NCBI GenBank assembly: GCA_037447605.1
Contig: CM074809.1
Coordinates: 424,689 to 488,688, forward strand
DNA from: Zygnema circumcarinatum SAG 698-1b
Taxonomy: Eukaryota > Plantae > Zygnematophyceae
Length of the DNA stretch: 64,000 nt
Reading direction: 5' to 3'
Position numbers and translations under genes: made by a program. Of this stretch, positions 59,221 through 64,000 are shown in pieces. Below the pieces are notes generated by a model. The model ran no database searches, was not told the DNA's origin, and was given only the letters and a program-made list of their open reading frames with translations. Every line of letters begins with the position of its first letter. Position 1 is the stretch's first letter.

Positions 59221-59970
59221 AGCACTAGAGACTGCACAACGTATTGTGGGACATGGACTCACTAGTGAGGGTACAGTAGACGTGTCTTGCAGATGTTGGA
59301 GGCGCTATTGTACGGAAATCGGAGTCCGTACCGTACAGTAGGGGGTCATATTTTCCACCCTGGTTTTGGCCAATATGAGGCGAAAATATTGATTTTGCAT
59401 ATATAAGGCTCGTGTTACCAATAGACGGGCGGTATTATGTTAGAGTTCATGTTGGACCGTACGTATCGTATCGTATCATATCGCAACGTATCGTACTGTA
59501 TCGTTTCGCGTCGTATCGTATCGTGTCATATCGTAACGCATTTTAGAGGTTTTCCGGTGTTGTTCGTCTCAGCTCGTACGGCTAGTACCGTATCGGGGAG
59601 TTTCGTATCGTACCGTAGCATATCGGACCGTATCGTACTGTAACGGCTACTGTACTACAGCTCATACGGCTAGTACGGATAGTACCGTATCGGGGAGTTT
59701 CGTACCGTACCGTATCGTACCGTATCGTACCGTATCGAAGCCAAGAAGAAGAGGGAGAAGAGCGAGAGCCTCTTACGGCGGGACGTGCGGGGAGATTAGG
59801 TGACTTTTGCGTAAGCCCGTAACGGCTAGTACAGCTAGTACGAATAGTACGGATAGTACGGTTAATACGGCTAACACACGGTTACCGTACAAAAAGGTGG
59901 TTTCGGCAAAATCGGGGCGAATTTCTTGGGGACGCACTGTACAGGGTGGAAAATAGGAAAATGCTATTTA

Positions 59971-60772
59971 CAGTGTCCTTGTTCTGAATGTAGTGTACTT
60001 TTTCCCCGGGCAGCTTGTACAAAGGATTTTTTTTGCGAAAAATGCTGTTTCATACTTTTCAGAATAGATACAGACCTTTTTTCGTCGGATGTATGGATGG
60101 TGATTTGAATGTACAAAGCGCGCGTGACTACAAGGTATAAGGGCGCAACACGTGGAGCGACATGATTGGTCGCGGCAACATATGACGTGACAAGTATGTT
60201 TGGGACCGTGACGTGACGAAACGAGACGCGACAAAAGTGGAGGTCCGCGGACGGCAGTCGGAAATGGCAGGAATTAAAACTGACAGATTTTTCCTGAAAC
60301 ACGCTACGTTATGTGCCCTATCTTTTTCTGTCAGTTTTTATTCCCGCCATTTCCGACTGCCGTCCGCGGACTCCACTTTTGTCGCGTCTCGTTTTCGTCA
60401 TGTCACGGTCCCAAACATACTTGTCACGTCATATGCTGCCGCGACCAACCATCGTGTTGCGCCCTTATACCTTGTACACGCGCGCGCTTCGTACATTCAA
60501 ACCACCATCCGTACATCCGACGAAAAAAGGCCTGTATCTATTCTGAAAAGTATGAAACAGCATTTTTCGCAAAAAAAATCCTTTGTACAAGCTGCCCGGT
60601 GAAAAAGTACACTACATTCAGAACAAGGACACTAGGGGGTGTCAGACTTAAAGAAATCTTACGAACAAAAAAGTTTTGTAAGTACTCCGCCGCACCAGGA
60701 TTGCGATGTCATTCAAGTACTCGTTCTGGTCTCAAACTTACGAAATTTTTTTAAGTCTGACACCCCCTACTG
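59971..60772. mobile_element. Foldback element with ~320-bp arms, CAGT ends and TA TSD (Tc1/mariner-type MITE)
   Basis: 59971-~60287 is the reverse complement of ~60327-60772 once the 60634-60768 insert is removed. Flanks are TATTTA / TAAATA. Confidence 0.88.
60634..60768. mobile_element. 135-bp MITE of the AGGGGG(A/T)GTCAGAC family, 3-bp TSD ACT
   Basis: TIR AGGGGGTGTCAGACTTAAA/TTTAAGTCTGACACCCCCT; ACT at 60631-60633 and 60769-60771. The opposite foldback arm shows the empty site GGACACTGTAAATA. Confidence 0.9.
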
Positions 60773-60819
60773 TAAATACTGTAGTCGTTTCCGGAAAATT
60801 AGGGGGAGTAATATTAAGG

Positions 60820-61514
60820 GGGTAACTCTACTGCACCCCCGCGTTTTGTCTTTCGAACCCCCCTTTTGAAAATTTTGCCTGCCCGTTTTGGTACCCCCCA
60901 GTTTTGAATATTTCGGGAAAAAATCTTTTTCCCGCCCCTCCCGTCCCCTCCGCTCCCCCCCCTCCCCTGCCCGCTCCTCCCCTCCCTCTCCTCCCCTCCC
61001 CTCCCCTCCTCTCCCCTCCCCTGCCCTGTACTCCCCGGCCCTCCCCTCCCCTCCCCTCNNNNNNNNNNCCTCGTTTTCTCCTTTTCACGATTGACTTCCA
61101 ACAATGTGCGACAAAAGAAAAGGGGATTTGCATTGGTCTCAAGATGGTGAGGCCATCAAATAAACATGGACAAAGTCAACATGGGAACCACAAGAAATTG
61201 CAAACCGAGAAGAGGAGAGACGAGGAGGGGAGGGCAAGGGAGGGCAGGGCAGGGGAGGGGAAGGGAGGGGAGGGGGCGGGAGGAGGTCCGAGGAGGACAG
61301 GGCAAGGGATGGGAGCGGAGGGGAGGGGAGCGGAGGGGAGGGGAGGGGAGGGGAGGACAGGGCAGGGGAGGGGGGGGAGCGGAGGGGAGGGGAGGGGCGG
61401 GAAAAAGATTTTTTCCCGAAATATTCAGAACTGAGGCCGTAACCAAAACGGGCAGGCAAAATTTTCAAAAGGGGGGTGCGAAAGACAAAACGCAGGGGTG
61501 CACTAGAGTTACCC
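60820..61514. mobile_element. Mutator-like element with long TIRs and 8-bp TSD, carrying a captured LINE 3'-UTR fragment
   Basis: TIR GGGTAACTCTA.TGCACCCC... (more than 130 bp); TATTAAGG at 60812-60819 and 61515-61522. 61141-61195 is the reverse complement of ~39610-39667. Confidence 0.88.
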
Positions 61515-61629
61515 TATTAAGGGGGTCTACTGTACGAAGATTTGCGCGTAATTGTAATTGTACAGAAGGAGAAGTTGATGTCACGACACATGATGACATG
61601 GCATTGGTTGACATGCGTACAACTCACAG

Positions 61630-62130
61630 ATTGAGAAGGAAAATGAGACTGAACTCACGATGGCGAGGCCATCCAATGCACATGCACAAAAGCAGCATGA
61701 AGAACCACGAGAGACTGGTCGCAAAGGACCCAGGCACAAAAGAAAAAAAGCGAAGAGCGAAAACCTACGCCTCGGCGCAAGAACGCTTCAAGCCCTCCCT
61801 CGAAGCAGCCGCGAAGGTCGCCGATCGATCGATCGGCACATAACATCACATCACATCACATCACACCGCGCGCAGGGAGGGAGCGGCGGACGGCCACCGC
61901 CACGCAACAGCCACCAACAAGCGCGGCTTCCTTCACGCCCAAGGAGGAGCGGAGAAGCGAGGAGGAGGAGGGCAGCGCTGAAGGGCCACGGACATGCGCT
62001 GTCGATAAAAAGTGGCGAGGATCGATCGGCGGAGGAGGAGAGGAGGGCTTCCTTCGTCCCTTCCAGGGCCGTACGCGCATAGCCAAGGAGCGAGCGATGG
62101 GCGCACGCAAAGGAAAGCATCCAAACGGGT
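61630..62130 (-). mobile_element. Third degenerate copy of the RLE-LINE 3' tail
   Basis: Minus-strand ATFYRQRMSVALQRC; the 3' UTR GATGGCCTCGCCATCG.GAGTTCA is shared with ~39655. Confidence 0.75.
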
Positions 62131-62659
62131 TTTTCAAAATTCAAAAAAATGACGTCACTTTGCTGCGCGCCGAAAGCGCCGACACGGTCCATCAGCCGCC
62201 CGCCGGCGGGTTGCCGCCCGCCGCGACCTGGATGGCGTCAGTAAGGTCGCTCTCATCCACAGTCGCGCATCGGACGGCGCCCATTCGCGGGAGGCGCTTG
62301 GGGGTGATCTAGAGGACATCTGCCCGTCCGTGACACGCGGAAAGGCGCAGGCCCATTGGTGAGCGTGACGGAAAACCACGTGGAAGCACGAAGGGTTGGG
62401 AATCGCCGCGGGACAGCGGACGATGCAATCGCGTTGTACAAACAGATGACGGTGCCGTACAGGCGAGGATGTTAAAGAAATCGACGAACCACCAATGTCC
62501 GTCAGTCAAAACTATTCGAATTTTTCGAATTTTTTTCTCAACTTTTCTGACGAGCGGGACGGTCCAAATGCCCTCCGTCGACGCTTCGCCTCCGCAGCCA
62601 TGATCACGCCCGGGCCCCTCCCTCCACTCCGAGAGGCGCAGCACGTAGCTGCGTCCGCC

Positions 62660-64000
62660 ATGGCTGCCGGCATGGAGAGGAGGAGGAGCATTCTGCTCGT
62701 CCCTGCCCTCCTCTTTCCCTTTCTGATTCTTCTTACAGTGTTCGCTAATGCAGCCGATGCCGCTACGTGTCCACAGACCCTCGTATCGTCAGAAGCGCAG
62801 ACTCTCCTGGCAGCCATGGACGACCTCGAGGACCCGCAGGGCGTGCTGGAGGACTGGACAGCTGGCAACGCTTCAGAGGCCTGCTGCTGGACAGGTGTCA
62901 CGTGCTTCTACGATTCTGGAGGAAAGTTTTTTAGGGTTCAGAGTTTGGTTCTCAGCGGGCTCGACCTCAACGGGACTTTGCCTTCTGCTTTCGGGAACTT
63001 GACGAACCTCTCTTCTATCGACTTATTCGAAAATACCTTTACAGGCGGAATACCTGAAAGCTGGGCCGCGCTTTCGTCTCTCCGTAAGCTCAATCTCGGA
63101 TACAATTACTTGAACGGATCGTTGGACGCACTGGCGAAACTGACGAGCTTGGAGACCCTTGATTTGCATATCAACTCGTTTCCACAAGCGATGGAGGCGC
63201 TGCCCGTGGGCAATCTGATTAGACTCACTTCTCTCGACTTATCTAGAAATACCTTTACGGGAGGAATACCTGAAAGCTGGGCCTCGCTTTCTTCTCTCCG
63301 TAAGCTCAATCTCGGAGACAATCAGTTGAACGGATCGCTGGACGCACTGGCGCATCTCACGAGCTTGGAGACCCTTGATCTGAGTTCAAACTTGTTTTCA
63401 CAAGAGATGGAGGCGGTTCCAGTGGGCAGTCTGACGAAACTCACTTTATTATGTCTTCAGTTAAACCAATTCACAGGGCAGTTTCCGACATGGCTTGGAA
63501 AGCTCTCCGCATTGACCGAATTACACCTTGATAACAATCCTAACCTCTCTCCGTCGCTTCTTCCGACCGACTATGCCAGCTGGCCTCCTCAACTCGCTAT
63601 TGCCTCTTTCAGTTCCATGAATCTCTATGGACCCCTTCCGGCCGCGCTCGCACAACTGCCTCTCCAAGTCCTCGACCTCAGCGATAACTCTTTTAATGGC
63701 AGCATTCCCGCGGAGTTCGGCAATTTTTCGAGCACGTCGGGGACTGTTCTGTCTCTGCATAACAACAACTTGGCAGGAGAGCTTCCGTCCGCCCTTGCAG
63801 CGGGCAATTTTCCGGTCTTTGATTTGCATTCGAACAACTTATCAGGGACGCTTTCGGATTTTTTTACGGCGCTTTGTGGGAGATCAGGCGGGGAACTGCT
63901 TTTCAGTTTGGACCTCGGCAACAACAGTTTCAGCGGAGAGATTCCGCCCGTCCTTCAAAACTGCAACAAGCTGCTTTATGTCCACCTTAATGACAACTAT
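62660..64000 (+). CDS. N-terminal part of a third LRR receptor, close paralog of the 26165 LRR-RLK; runs off the right edge
   Basis: Open frame MAAGMERRRSILLVPALLFPFLILLTVFANAADAATCPQTLVSSEAQTLLAAMDDLEDPQGVLEDW...CCWTGVTC followed by LRRs to the window end. ~62760-62900 is nearly identical to ~26260-26400. It is absent from the ORF track because no stop falls inside the window. Confidence 0.92.
   Translation, partial: MAAGMERRRSILLVPALLFPFLILLTVFANAADAATCPQTLVSSEAQTLLAAMDDLEDPQGVLEDWTAGNASEACCWTGVTCFYDSGGKFFRVQSLVLSGLDLNGTLPSAFGNLTNLSSIDLFENTFTGGIPESWAALSSLRKLNLGYNYLNGSLDALAKLTSLETLDLHINSFPQAMEALPVGNLIRLTSLDLSRNTFTGGIPESWASLSSLRKLNLGDNQLNGSLDALAHLTSLETLDLSSNLFSQEMEAVPVGSLTKLTLLCLQLNQFTGQFPTWLGKLSALTELHLDNNPNLSPSLLPTDYASWPPQLAIASFSSMNLYGPLPAALAQLPLQVLDLSDNSFNGSIPAEFGNFSSTSGTVLSLHNNNLAGELPSALAAGNFPVFDLHSNNLSGTLSDFFTALCGRSGGELLFSLDLGNNSFSGEIPPVLQNCNKLLYVHLNDNY

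Larger units (their letters stand above)
59336..60781. mobile_element. Second, inverted copy of the pogo-like host element, interrupted by a foldback element
   Basis: TA|CAGTAGGGGGTCATATTTTCCACCC at 59336. The body is the reverse complement of 34060-34402 plus 39000-39015. The probable end is TACTG|TA at 60781 (less certain). Confidence 0.6.

Noticed and set aside
60630-60772. CACTA-superfamily element (CACTA at 60630)
   Set aside because: The right end reads TACTG, not TAGTG, and the empty site in the opposite arm is explained exactly by an AGGGGG-ended element with an ACT duplication.

Overview
Intron-rich eukaryotic DNA, packed with GA/CCCT microsatellites and containing N gaps. It comes from a plant-lineage genome, most plausibly a streptophyte alga such as a zygnematophyte; the taxon is inferred from gene families and repeat style, not shown. 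Genes, reconstructed by hand from GT-AG exons: a TFIIIC TPR subunit (minus, runs off the left edge); a 3xPAS-HisKA histidine kinase cut off beside a duplicated, gap-bounded contig; a kinase-less LRR receptor-like protein; an RLCK-VII-like kinase head-to-head with an LRR-RLK; a SERK-like LRR-II kinase; and the start of a third LRR paralog at the right edge. The most striking gene is a 19-exon, ~918-aa secreted protein: signal peptide, 2 hevein (CBM18), Pro linker, ricin-B lectin, papain-like C1A protease with intact Q/C/H/N, 2 EGF, 4 LysM. It looks like a chitin-targeted protease sitting in a cluster of immune-type receptors. Intergenic DNA holds nested non-autonomous DNA transposons whose target-site duplications can be read directly, two of them with the empty site present in the window. 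One 4.6-kb element carries three copies of a tRNA-shaped RNA whose anticodon arm is a GNRA-capped hairpin.
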